In this document: piece after piece, positions 49,426-61,831 of the stretch
Numbering within the stretch: position 1 is the first letter of the stretch
How the letters are laid out: each line of letters opens with the position of its first letter
Source of the DNA: Marsupella aquatica
Taxonomy: Eukaryota > Plantae > Marchantiophyta
DNA: 64,000 bases
Reading direction: 5' to 3'
Assembly: GCA_973895155.1 (NCBI GenBank)
Contig: OZ316896.1
Location: 9,621,525-9,685,524, forward strand
Notes under the pieces: model-generated
Seen by the model: the letters and a program-made list of their open reading frames with translations, nothing else
Told to the model about the DNA's origin: nothing
The model's database searches: none
Made by a program: the position numbers and the translations under genes

Positions 49426-50621
49426 ACCAATTGTTACACTGAGCATGAATAACAGGATCCGGACAAAGCTAGAGATATGACAATGTTGACCAGTAAACCA
49501 ACTTCAGCACAACCAGATCTTGTCTTCCCATTCTCTGGACGGGAAAGTAGAGTCTGTGTCAACAGCCGCTCTTCCGTTCTGATCCATTCCTTAACGGTGG
49601 AACCTTTGTCCGTGCGCGAAGAAATGTGTGTACTCTTCGTCCAGAATTCACAAGACACCATTTCTTCGTGCAGGCAAGCCACGTGAAGACAGGGACACGG
49701 AAATGAGTACAAGGACACGGAAACTTCAGATATCGACAATTTCTAAATCGAAAGCGAGGCGGGAACAAGTCCTATGCAGCAAAGGTTCTCCAGTGAGACC
49801 TGAAAGGCAATCGATACACAGAGAGCAGGCAACAAACTCAGGTCCATTACTCTATATTGAGAACTTTTCTATTTAGAACTAATTGATCCCGTGAAATGAT
49901 GACCACACGAACTAACTGGTTTCAACCACGTGCAGGAGAACAAAGGAGAAGAGATTGTGTTAAAACGATTCCAGATATTTGAGCTTACGACCACTTGACG
50001 GGAAACAGGAAGATGTCACTGTAGTAAAGTCTAAAATACATGACAAACTTCAAGGAAAAGCTGTATTCGAGACTCCTCATTCTGCAATCTTTAGTGGAAT
50101 TTAAGCCCGGAGACAAGCCCAAGATAGAACGCTTCCAAGTTTAGAGAAACAAAAATTTAAATATATTTCATTTTCGTCCACGGAGTCCTAAGGAAGCAAG
50201 AGACGGAGAGTACAGAGCGGCAGATAGCCAGCAACAGAGAAACTCTACAGGATCTTAAGTGGCAACTGGTCATCACAGAGAGGCTGTAAATACTGTATGT
50301 CTGACCTCAAGGAGAAAAGAGAGACATATTCCCCTCTCTAGCTGACTAGTATGTAGTCTTGCCACAAATTAGGTGCAACCTTACAAGAATACCTCACTCT
50401 ACACTGGCCAAATGTCGGACAACATTTGACCATTCATCAACCTGTCAACAACACAGATACCTGCGGGAACCAATGACTGAGTGTCTGCAGCACTCCTCTC
50501 AATTGCTCGAGTCAATATCCCTGTCCTGGGAGCACCAGTCTCCACAACAAACTCCACAAGTCAGAGTACTGCCCCAGCATGTTCTACTACTTGCCCCTTC
50601 CTAGCACCTCCGCGCATATGC

Positions 50622-51257
50622 TTAATGGCAGGAAGATTGGTAGGGTGCTCCCAGGAGTTCCGGTCCACGCAGCCTCGGATTGTTCTCGAAACTCCTGCCG
50701 TAAAACCGTGAGAAAGACCCCGAGGTAGGAATCGTTCCGCAGAAATCATTGTTGGACAGATCCAGAACTTTCAAGGAGGCTATGCCGGTGAGCTCCTGGG
50801 GAATACGCCCTCTCAGTTGGTTGTTATTGAGGCGGAGAAAGATGAGAGACTTGAGCTCGCCAAGAGCTGAAGGAATCTCACCGGTGAAGTTGTTATTGTA
50901 CAGATCCAGGCTCACGAGATTCTTCAGCTTACCCAGCTCGTTGGGGATTTTCCCCTCCAGCTTGTTCTTCGAAAGCTCGAGGTACTGCAAGCTATGCAGA
51001 TTTCCCAGCTCCGGCACAAGACTACCTTCCAACCCTGCATTTCCTAGGTCCACTCTTATCACCTGGTTGGAATGACTGCATGTGACGTGGAACCATGTGC
51101 AAGGGTTCACTAGCGTCGGATCCCAGCTTTGAAGCACGTTGTGTGGATCTTTCAAATTCCTGCGTAACGCGTAAAGCGCATCGCCTTGGGTGTCAGCCAG
51201 TACGCAATCCAGTCCTACGAGTATCAACATTGCCACGAGAACCACGGACATCCCCAT
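50622..51257 (-). CDS. Secreted leucine-rich repeat protein, SERK-ectodomain-like (LRR1/LRP type), 211 aa
   Basis: Signal peptide, [32 protein letters not shown] cap, 4-5 plant LRRs and an [11 protein letters not shown]-cap. No TM or kinase domain. Confidence 0.93.
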   Translation of the reverse strand: MGMSVVLVAMLILVGLDCVLADTQGDALYALRRNLKDPHNVLQSWDPTLVNPCTWFHVTCSHSNQVIRVDLGNAGLEGSLVPELGNLHSLQYLELSKNKLEGKIPNELGKLKNLVSLDLYNNNFTGEIPSALGELKSLIFLRLNNNQLRGRIPQELTGIASLKVLDLSNNDFCGTIPTSGSFSRFYGRSFENNPRLRGPELLGAPYQSSCH

Positions 51258-51380
51258 TGTTCCAAGCTAGCAAAGGACGAATCTACCCTAATCAAGAGCT
51301 CGCTCCTGTTTGTTATAGAAGCTCCCTCCTCCCTCTTCTCTTCAGCACGTGCCAACTCTTGCTGATGCACAAATCCAAGC

Positions 51381-52329
51381 CTGCATCACAATAAGTACGC
51401 ACAGTTTCTTTGCAGATCAGTCCAAGCACTACCTTAGGCTAGGTCACGCATATGCAAGTGAAAAACACATTGAACGCGAGCTTTTCTGGGGAAGGGACAC
51501 GGCAAGACATGGCCACCCATAGCATCTCATCATCCCCCCGCCTTGGAAGTAGTTTCAATGCATGATAGGGCTCCAATATGGCAGACATGCGAATAGTGTA
51601 CACCTTCAGCAACACCCCCTTTTCTGGGCATCATGCAAAGACAAGCCCCATATCCTCTGATTGCTCCCAAACCTTAGAAGTAATTGCAACGCTTTACAAA
51701 GATAACATACTAAAGGCTCCAATGTGGTAGGGGTTACAAAGGCTCGAGTACAACCAATGACTACTAACTCCTTAACGGTCCAAGGGATGGTTCGTATGAC
51801 ACGGACACCAAACTCCCGCAGCAGACATCACACGGAGGATAGAATTACTCGAACCTATCGTGCACAAGAAATCACCTCTCACACGGCAATGAGACCACAC
51901 CACCTGCTTTGTGATACAATGTCATCGCTTACAACTTACTGCAGAAATGTAACTACAAACTAACCAACTGTCAACACCGCGTCTCCTGCGATGAAAGCAC
52001 GGTCTAAACAACGATTTTCCTACCCTTCTCTTTCTTACGACCCCTCGCTCCAGAAAATCGCCGCAGCACAACAAATCCAAGCCAGGACAAGGACGAGGAC
52101 GGGATGGAATGGCAAGGAAAACGAAACAAGTACACCACGTCGTTCACAAACAAGCGCATTTCGCTCGCCTCCTTCCCCTGGCCTCAGGAAGGGAGCACAT
52201 TACACCGGGGAAGAAACAAGCACAACTCGACGAGTCACACAAATTCACTCAGTAAGAAGCAGCGACGGAACGAAGCCCCACGTTGACAACCTGCTAGAGC
52301 AGCAGCCGCATCTCTCACTCGAGCCTCAC
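51381..52329 (-). other. Probable 5'-UTR intron of the LRR gene
   Basis: Minus-strand donor G|GTGAGG at 52329 follows a CT-rich leader (GA repeat at 52460-52490 on +). Acceptor GATGCAG ends at 51381. Confidence 0.45.
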
Positions 52330-52839
52330 CGTAGAGTATCGTATCGTGTCCAGTCGTGTCCACACAGCCGAGAACGAGACTCCAATACTCACTCGTCGGT
52401 TATCGCAAAGCCTTCCGTCGCCGACTCCCAGAGCGAGAGACGAAGAAGAGAGATTCTACAGAGAGAGAGCGAGAGAGAGAGAGAGAGAGAGGTTGCGTGA
52501 GGAATTGGACTGACCGAATGTGGACTCGACTTGACTGGACTGGACTGATTGAAACGAGAAGATGAGGGAGAAACGAGTTCACACCGGACCCGAATTCTAC
52601 CGGACCACCGAATTGTCGTAAGTCACCGTACGTACATCTCAGACGATGCCGCGTTTTGCACCCCGCTTCCGGCCGGTCACACCATCGCCATCGCCCCCCC
52701 TGATGAGGTCCTGAGGTCCTGACTGTCACCTACTCATGCTGCTGATGCTGCTGCTGCTGTACAGCTCGCTCGAGTACGTTGGCGAATAATGGAACGGGAA
52801 AGCGTAACGACTCGAAGAACGCACGATAAGAAAAAAAAA

Positions 52840-53142
52840 AACGGAGCCTTTCCAAAGCAGCTTCTTCTTCTTTTGTTTGCTTTTTGTCACACAAGGGAAT
52901 GTTTTGGGACAAAATGACGCTTACAAATTACCAACAACAAAACCGGAGCCTTTCCAAAGCTTCTTCGTCTTCTTTTGTTTGCTTTTTGTCACACAAGGGA
53001 ATGTTTTGGGACAAAATGACGCGTACAAATTACCAACAACAAAAAAATGGAGCCTTTCCAGAGCTTCTTCTTCTTTTGTTTGCTTTTTGTCACACAAGGG
53101 AATGTTTTGGGACCATTTTACCGAGCGCTTACAAATTACCCA
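52840..53142. repeat. ~103-bp tandem repeat, 3 copies, upstream of the LRR gene
   Basis: ggagcctttcca..cttcttttgtttgctttttgtcacacaagggaatgttttgggac starts at 52843, 52945 and 53049. Confidence 0.92.
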
Positions 53143-53309
53143 AATTAGCTAAATACCAGTCAAGTAAACAACCTCTACTCATAAGACCAAATTTATCTAA
53201 ATACTCAAGTAAACAATAGCTACTCATAAGACCAAAATTATCTAAATACTCACTTAAATATTTTTCAGGGAATAACTTTTACTTATAAGCTAGCTTGCAC
53301 ATGTGCAAT

Positions 53310-53604
53310 TTCCAATGAACAAACAAAAGTTGACACAAGAGTGGCACGGATCATCTCCCCAGAGGTTACATTCATGTGAACACACGAGAGAACTTTGTTG
53401 AATTCTAAATCCATCATACCAAGTCTCTATAGACCGAGCTTTTATTATTTCTCAACTAACTCCGTAACAATAAATCTAAGTTTCATTCACTAAGTTTTAC
53501 TAGTGTAAGTAGTAATTGCACATCTATCGTAACCAAGTACTTAAACATGATTTGACTAATTGTTGTTACATGGTGACTCTAGACCTAAGAATAAATGTCT
53601 AACA
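53310..53604 (-). mobile_element. Old degenerate LTR relic of the same copia-related family
   Basis: gttgacacaaga..gaacacacgagagaactttgttgaattcta..tctcaactaactccgtaacaat..actctagacctaagaataaatgtctaaca resembles the solo LTR at 17522. Confidence 0.65.
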
Positions 53605-55835
53605 CATTAAATCTGTAACTAAAGTGGAGTGTTTTCATTGACTTGAGGCTGCCACTTAAATTACAACCTCATTGTGACTAACAGTTTTACCATAGTGCAT
53701 ATGTTAGATACCCAATTAGATATTGTGAATAACTATAGACCTAAACATCTAAACACTTCCATTAGGTCATTAGTGGTAGCAACGTTTATAAATTTCCAAG
53801 AGGGATTTGCAAAGGATCTTGGTTCCCCAACTCAGTAACTAAATTTCAACATTTTTGTTTTCCTAAACAGAGTAATCAGAAACTAGGAAGTAGTTCAAGA
53901 GTAGTAAGCTTGAGCAGATTTTAGTAGATAAATGAGTTTAGGTGAGACACCCAAAGAAATCTATTCTTATTGTTTATTCTGATCATAGTTGATGTTGATT
54001 ATTCTAAGGAGTATGAACATTTTCAAAGGAGGTGATTTTTATTGAAAATCAACACTGTTTGCAAGAATATAAAGACAATAGTATCCTCAGATGTTAGTGT
54101 TGTTGTTATTAACTTCTGGTGTAGATGTGCTTTGGATTGGTAGTGCAAATGTTGCAATGACAGTCCTACTTGTCACCCCAATACTAACTACAGAGAATAG
54201 TATGAACCATCAGTGATTTTATTTGGATAAAATATAAACTATGAAGCCTGGCTGGACCGGAATATAAATAATTTTTTCAAGACTGTTATATGGTGGGACA
54301 CCCTTTAGCTATCTTGTCTCATTCAATTTGATTGAAATGTATCTTTATGTTCATTTGGCCTAGTCCATGCTTTAGCTATGTATTATTTAGAAGTCATTCA
54401 TTTTTGGCAGCCCCTTTAACTTTTTTAATGTCCTTAGTTTTTATTAGGTCTCCTCTATTTTTCTTAGAGTTTTGAGGGCCATATCTCCTTACCTGCATGA
54501 GAGAAGGTTAGACCCTTCAACCAAGCAACTAGTACACTATTCATTGATGAGTGCACCTTACATGCCATTGGTTATAAATTTTACATTGTTCATGGTTTAT
54601 TGATGAACAGGTGTCACCTAAATAAAGAGCCCCAAATAGAACCCAAAGTTTTTAAAACACAAAGTTCAATAGTTCACTCTCTTCTCTTTGAATTGAATCA
54701 TAAAGTGCTATTGTACTTATACAAGTATATTGACTAATACCTTGAAATTAATGAGCATGTCTTCAAATATTGTACTTTTCTTATTTTTAAAAAGGTGTGC
54801 ATTAACTTTCCTATAATCATTCTTCAATACTTATTTTTTATAAACTAGTTAAGTTAAAATGTCTACTCATTTCAATTCTTTTAGATAAGTCAAAATCAGC
54901 ATGTAGTAGAATGAACATGCTATATATATGAAGCGTGGCTGGACGTTGGGGTTTGATCTGCCCATCCCCATGGACTGGGTGAAGTCAGGAAAAAAGTGAC
55001 CAATTGCTTTTTAAAGGGACACTTCACTTTTTGTAAGGACTACTTTAGTAGTTTTTCGGAGCACCTCAACCAAGGCAAGTGTAAACTGTTTGTTTTTGGC
55101 AAATTTGTGCATTCATTTGGATAACTTTTGGATCTTTGTCTAATCTCAAATGTTTCAACTGAAGCATGTTCTCGGATGTCCAATCTTACCTCACAAAGTT
55201 TAAGAGTTTTCTGAGATCAATTGCCAATGGGTGCAAAAATGGTCAACTGCTATCAAGTACCTGCCAATCAATGCTTCTTTTTTGTGAAGGACTCCCCTGC
55301 CAAGTAGTTTGGGCATGAGGAGCAACTTACCACCGAGTGGACTAAATAAAACCGAGTGCAAACGGTCAGGAGCCCAATTACAAGTCAGATTTCAGTCAAA
55401 CCCATACAAGTGTTATTGGAGTCTACTACCAAAAATATTTGGAACAATGTCAAATCCAAAATAAGCATTCTCAGATTTTATTGATTATTCTCAAATAATT
55501 TTAATAACTTCCAGCATAGGTATATTCATATGATAAGTATAATTAAATTTGCCAGTTGTTTTTACAATACAGCATGTCCACACAGTACAGACGCCCATCC
55601 TGACAAGGTCAGTTGAGATTGTTCGACATCCATAATATACACATGTGCAATACAACCAAAAAATTAAAAATTTTGGAACTCTTTTTTTGTGCTTTGTTTA
55701 GTACAAGAATCTCCACAAGGCTAGGCAAGATTGAGCCTATTTTAGCTACCAAGCTGAGATCCACCAAAGTTTCGAGGGAAAGGAGTGATAAGTCGTACCA
55801 CTGAGAGACGAATGATGAAATTGCGCACCTCAATC

Positions 55836-56165
55836 GCAATAGCAGTGTTTTGTCTACTGTGCTTTTTCTGTTAGAATGGCAATGCTGCAGTATTTTTGTC
55901 TAGGATGAGTTGGGATGGCATTACTATAGAGTTCTGTCTACCAGAAGGATACTATGGCAATGTCTTGTATGGGATGATGGCCCTACTCTAGTGATATGTA
56001 CACCTGAATGGTGCTACAATAGTGTTTTGCAGGATAGCAATGGGTAGCATTTTGATTGACTGAATTTTGACTTCAGAACCTCAAAAAATATGGTAGTGTT
56101 CTGTCCTAGACATGAAAAATAATGTTAGGATGGTACTATATGTAGGTAACCAATGGCTATAATGG
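55836..56165. repeat. Degenerate copy of the ~30-bp minisatellite family
   Basis: Recurring gatgg.actat.gtagtgtt(t/c)tgtcta-like units. Confidence 0.6.
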
Positions 56166-58370
56166 TGAATCCACCTTTCATATTTTGTCTTATTCTGATC
56201 TTGTGTCCAGTATTTTGATTTCAATGTGCCTTAATAAGGTGAATCATTTGTATTAAATTATTTTTTAATTAACTTTTGGACCCCTTTTAATTTTAGTGAA
56301 CTTAGAATATTTTGAAGGTATTTGGCTCCCCTCATAAGTGTTTAATTTTTCATTTTGAATCACTCTTTATTGAATTCTCTTTGTTCTCATGAGAGTGAGA
56401 AAAATGAATTTGGACAATGTGCACATCACTGAACTAAGTTTCTCTTGTGGTTTACTTTACAAAATTAAAGGGTTTAAATGAGTTTATTGTCATTACCTAG
56501 AAGCAAGTGAAAATATTGTATGTGCACATTTCTTTATTACTTTTGTACTTTCTTGGTCATAGTGTGTTTTTGTTTGCATGTGTACTTATGGTTTAATTTG
56601 TGTGTTATGTCATTCACCTTTATAGTAATTAACAGATATTAATTTCTTGGCATAAATTTTACATTTACTTACTTCTTTTATCATAAAATAAATTAAATAA
56701 ATCAATATCATTACAAGACAAAAAAAAGAGACTTGTTCAGGGATGAACATGCTAATTGGCTCTCAAATGGCCATGGATAATTAATCTGTGGACCCCCATC
56801 TTAGTTTAGAGGCGATTATCTAGAAACTGAAGCCTAGATGGACCTCCAAATCAAAAGAAAAAAAATTCAAAAATGGACAAGTCAATGTTTGACACTTGAA
56901 ACAGTTGCCAAACTTACCAAGACAACCATAATTAACATCAATCACAACACCAGTTGCATTGTGAACTACTGTTTAATGTGTGGGTAGCTTAATTGCCCAC
57001 TTCAGCAAAACAGTGTTCGATGGTTTCCTCCACGGTATTGAAGGGATGTTGGATGCACTCAAGTTGCATCAAAAGTAATCACTTTCAATTCTACACGTAG
57101 ATAGACAAAGAGAGAGAAGTCATCGGTGTCATCAAATCAATAACTTTGCATAATCCTTTAAGACAAAAAGTTTCATGGAAACAAATCTTCAATTGTGAAA
57201 TTTGGAATCGATCGAAAGCTAGAGAAAATTAGAAACTCATGACCACTTTAGTACTTGATAAAATATCTCAATGTTACACTCATTGGAAAGCTAAAGAACA
57301 TTGGAAACTTATAATCTACTTAAAACTCAACTAAATCTATCAATGTTAAGTTTATTAAAAAGCTAAAGAAATTCTAAAATTCATAATCTCCTTAGTATTC
57401 GATAAAATGTGTCAATTTTAGGTTCATTCTCATGGAAGGGGTAAACCTTTCTGGGGTTGTACAACAAAGATTTCTATTCACGTTAGTAACTATGAAACCA
57501 CGGGTAAAATCTATTTTTCAAATTATTTACTCAATTCTTATCGAATGATGACAATGCTGAGCTCATAAGGACCGTCTCTTCAAGATCTTTCTAACGTCAT
57601 ATTATACATGAGTTTTCATTATGATTTGACTTAGCAATGTCAAATAAAAAATTGCTACCAAGAAAATTTTATGTTTTGAATAAAATCAAAATGTAAATAA
57701 AACAGTTATTGGGAGCAATTTTATCTCAATCTTTTTGTCTTTTAATTTGCATGTCAATTTTTTTTACATTCTTTTTTACGGCGTGGAGTCCTAGTTTTCA
57801 CAGCAAACTTGCCACAAACACGAATGCAGAAGTTAATTTTATCGAAAAACAAGTCTCTTCCTGTTTGCAACGTGCCATGATGATGTGGCGCGCTGTGGAG
57901 CCAGGAATTTTGCAAAGGACCCCTAATGGGGGTCCGTAACAAGAGTGAGCCCAGAGTGTAATTTTGTTTTGTTTCTTACCCCATAATTGTGCGTGAAGTT
58001 GGATAACCTTCTAGGCAGGCTAGCCAGGTGGTCAAAATATCATAACCCCAAGACCAGGTCAGGTTATGCCTCAGAACCATCCATGGAAATACAAAGGGAA
58101 ACCATAGAAATACAAAGGGAAATTATATTAATTGTTTAAATAAATAATGAAGTCCTGGGTTTACAGTGTATTGTGGGAGATAATACCCTGGAAAAAGAGA
58201 ATTTCAGTTAAAATTTTGAGTAGGTATTATTGTCCAGAGTTTATGGTAAGAGGGACTTAATACACTTAAATGCTGATTAAATGCTGAAGAGATTTTATGT
58301 TTATTAATTTTAGTAAAAGTAGCAAAGAATCTTCTTAATGAACTGATCCGTGACGAGCATAAATTAGGTT

Positions 58371-58830
58371 ATACGGTAGTGTTTTGGCTACCAGGTTGTA
58401 ACTACAATAGCGTATTAGCCGGGAAGACAACACGGTTGTGTCTTGCCTAGCACTACGGCAGTGTTTCGCCTAACAGAATTGCACTATAGTAGTGTTTTGA
58501 CTGCACTACGGTAGTATTTCTTCTAATAGAACTGCACTACAGTAGTAGCTTGCTACTGAAACGTCACTACAGTAGTGGTTGTTCTAACAAAATGGCACTA
58601 CAGTAGTGGCTTGTCTAAAGGAATGGCACTACGGTAGTATTTTGTCTACCGTGACGGCACAACTGTAGTATTTCCTCTAACAGAGTGAAGCTACTGTAGC
58701 GATTTCCCTAACAAAATGTCACTACGGTAATGTTCTGTCTACTGGATGGCGCTACGGTAGTGTTGTGTGTACAAGATGGCGCTACGGTAGTGTTTTGTTT
58801 ACCGAATGGCAATACGGTAGTGTTATGTCT
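58371..58830. repeat. ~30-31-bp minisatellite (about 15 units) with a palindromic CACTAC-N-GTAGTG core
   Basis: Units such as cactacagtagtggttgttctaacaaaatgg and cgctacggtagtgttttgtttaccgaatgg. Confidence 0.9.
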
Positions 58831-59872
58831 GGTGTGTTGACTTGGAGGGGAGGGAAGCTCCAGTTATTGACCGCGATGGCGGACTGGCATCATCCCAGAA
58901 GAATCCCCCGTCTGTAGAGTCCAGAATTGGAGTGTTTCCAAGTACAGTGGTGTCGAATTCTTTACGGCCCAGCTGAGGTAGGCGAAGTGCGGAAGTGGGT
59001 TTGCGATCGCATCGGAAATGAATGACGAAATCAAAGGGACTGAGAAGAAAGAAGAGGAGAGAGAGGGAGAGGACGTCATGCGTGTAGACCGCGTTGAAGA
59101 AGTCATGAAGAGAGGAGGAGATCAGGAGTGAGACAGAAGATTCTCGTTAGCTCGTGTTTTGCGACGTGTTGAGGAGGGAGATCGAGAAACCGGAGCACAG
59201 AAGCGCGGCGGAGGAGCAAGTCTCCGTCGTTGTTCTTCTGTGTTGATGATGAGGTTGATTGGGTCTGCGCATTTGGCAGAACGCTGGGTCGATAGACCTT
59301 GATTGACGCGTAGGTGAGTGAACGAGGCGTTTCTCACTTTTGCGGTTTGGAGTGCTGTAGGCTACAAGGGTGGAGGTCCGGTGCCACCATGGCTCGTGCA
59401 CGGGAAGCGGAGCAGGGAGAAGAGTTCGACGCTTGTGCCGAAATTCGAATGCGCCGCAATTTGATGCAGCAGCAGGAGCGAGGGCGTGAAGTGAAGACAG
59501 ACAGGCGTTTTGTTTCGTAGGTGATTTTGAAGAGTGGGATTGAGGTTTATGGATGGATAGAGGAGTTGTTACAGTCGATGTATACAATACCCTAAGAGGA
59601 TCGTGCTTGAAGAGTGATAATGCAGGTTTTGGACTATTACAAGAGAAAGGAAAATAAGAATTGAAAGGAGCAGGATGAATTCAATGAGAATCCATGGCAT
59701 TCCGCGTGAAGAAGCCCCGTAAGAACGCGAGCTTGTTATGGTCATCGCCGCCTCTACGACCGTCTCGATCTCAAAATCCAATCGGGTTTCGGGGCGGCGT
59801 TGGACGGGTGGATTGTGCATCATTTTTATTTGCGTGGTGGGACTGCGTTAACATCAGCAGCGGCACAAGCAA

Positions 59873-61831
59873 ATGGAGACCAGAGTGGAGGAACTGTTAA
59901 CCCTCCAGATTCAGTTCACTGAACACATACGGAAATCTCTAGACGAGGCCGACTCGTTCCGGCAGGAATGCCACGAGCTGTGGAAGAAGGTAGACCAGCT
60001 CGCCGTGAAATTGAGGGCTGCCGCACGGGTCGGGCCGGGCAACCTCTATGGACGGCCGACGAGGAGAATCATGGCAGAGATCGAGAAGACGTTGGAGAAG
60101 GCGCTGGCCCTCGTGAAGAAGTGCAGACGGAGCGGCATTTTGAAGAGAGTCATTACGATCACGTCTGCGGCAGACTTCAAAAAAGTTAATATGTTGTTAG
60201 ACAACGGGATTGCGGATGTATCCTGGCTCCTCAACGTGTCTGCAGTCGGTGAGGATCGACCCGAATCGGGAGGCGTGCCGCCGATTGCCATCGGTGACCC
60301 TGTCCTGGCCACGATCTGGTCAGAAATTGCCACAGTGCAGGTCGGAACCCTGGAAGCGAAGACGGACAGCGCATCCGTGCTAGCAAGCTATGCCGAAGTT
60401 AATGATAGGAACGGGAAGCTGATCATAGACGAGGGTGGGCTGCCACCCCTTCTCCGCCTTCTGAAGGAAGGCAATGTGCCAGCTCAGGAGGCATCAGCTC
60501 ATTGCCTAGGTGTGCTAGCTAGGGACCATCAAAGGGTGCAGGAGATCTTGGAAGAGAGGGCAGTGGAAGTTTTCATTGGAATTTTGACCAACGGATCAAT
60601 GAAGGTTCAGGTGAAGGTTGCGCGGGCGCTGGCCCAAATGGTGGAGTTCAGTGGCGATGCCCAGGATCAGTTCGCTCAAGCTGGAGCCATTAGGTTACTT
60701 GTGTCGCTGCTGGCTTATGATACGCTGGAAGAGACGAGCAAGATTCAGAAAGCCATCAGCATTCACACTTTGGTTAAACAGGCTCAGACCATGTCCCTCA
60801 CGCCCGCCAAACCTGTGGATGGAGGGAACGTTTCATCCGACGCCGAGAGCAGACGTAATTTGACGAAGCCGACCGAGCCGGGTAATGGCGAAAGCAGTCC
60901 TGTATCGAAAGCCTACGGCCTGGGCTTCGCGAAGCCAACTCCTGGTTTCAGCATGCCTCGGAGCAGTGAATTTCGCACTACCAGCTTCGATTATCGCTCC
61001 ACCCCTGATACCCGAGTTGTGGGGCATCATGGGCTTTCGAGGCATCGGCAGGAGAGAGATCGAGAGGACCCAGAGACAAAGCAAAAGTTGAAAGCAGAAG
61101 CAGCTCATGCTCTGTGGAAGCTGGCACTTGGCAACGTCAAGAACAGTAAGAGCATTACTGATACGAGGGCCCTCTTGTGCTTCGCGAAGATGATAGAGTC
61201 AGGCGAGGGAGAAGTGAAAATGAATTCTATCAAGGCAGTCATGGAGATTGCTCGTGCAGCAGAAGAGGATGCTGAGCTAAGACGAGCGGCGTTTAAAACC
61301 AACTCTCCTGCGGCAAAGGCAGTCGTAGAGCAACTCCTCAGAGTAATCGAAGGAGGGGATCCGGAGCTTCAAGTACCGTGTATTAGAGCTATAGGGTGCC
61401 TCGCGCGTATCTTCCCGGCACCTGCATTGAAAGTGATCAAGCCCTTGACTGATCAGCTTGCATATGCGGGACTCGCTGCTGAAGAAGCTTGCATCGCCCT
61501 ACAAAAGTTTGCAAATAAAGACAATTACTTGCATTTGGAGCACTCGAGGACCATTCTAGATAATGGTGGAGCAGGGCACCTTGTACAACTGATTCTTTTT
61601 GATGGACAGTCTAAACTTGAGGCTTTGGTTCTGCTGTCATACCTTGCACTTAATGTTGGAGACAGTGAAGCTCTGGAGAACGCAAAGTCACTAATCGCGC
61701 TCGAGTCAGCCACTAGGTGGCCAGAACTCCCAGAGGATTTGAAAACGTTGTTGTTTGATGCGATTCAACATTTGGAGATGTTCCAGGCAGGACCTCGCCC
61801 CCCGCCTCAAGGAGCCAACTTTCTCGTCTAA
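59873..61831 (+). CDS. ARO: ARMADILLO REPEAT ONLY-like protein (652 aa, intronless CDS)
   Basis: Typical ARO motifs: LYGRPTRRI, KRVITITSAADF, PPIA..P.L..IW..IA, REDPETKQKLKAEAAHALW, SITDTRALLCFA, AFKTNSPAAKAVVEQL and NYLHLEHS. Confidence 0.92.
   Translation: METRVEELLTLQIQFTEHIRKSLDEADSFRQECHELWKKVDQLAVKLRAAARVGPGNLYGRPTRRIMAEIEKTLEKALALVKKCRRSGILKRVITITSAADFKKVNMLLDNGIADVSWLLNVSAVGEDRPESGGVPPIAIGDPVLATIWSEIATVQVGTLEAKTDSASVLASYAEVNDRNGKLIIDEGGLPPLLRLLKEGNVPAQEASAHCLGVLARDHQRVQEILEERAVEVFIGILTNGSMKVQVKVARALAQMVEFSGDAQDQFAQAGAIRLLVSLLAYDTLEETSKIQKAISIHTLVKQAQTMSLTPAKPVDGGNVSSDAESRRNLTKPTEPGNGESSPVSKAYGLGFAKPTPGFSMPRSSEFRTTSFDYRSTPDTRVVGHHGLSRHRQERDREDPETKQKLKAEAAHALWKLALGNVKNSKSITDTRALLCFAKMIESGEGEVKMNSIKAVMEIARAAEEDAELRRAAFKTNSPAAKAVVEQLLRVIEGGDPELQVPCIRAIGCLARIFPAPALKVIKPLTDQLAYAGLAAEEACIALQKFANKDNYLHLEHSRTILDNGGAGHLVQLILFDGQSKLEALVLLSYLALNVGDSEALENAKSLIALESATRWPELPEDLKTLLFDAIQHLEMFQAGPRPPPQGANFLV

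Noticed and set aside
58371-58830. CRISPR-like look (palindromic repeat plus variable spacer)
   Set aside because: The core is only 13 bp, the linkers are related to each other, there are no cas genes and the context is plant nuclear DNA. It is a minisatellite.
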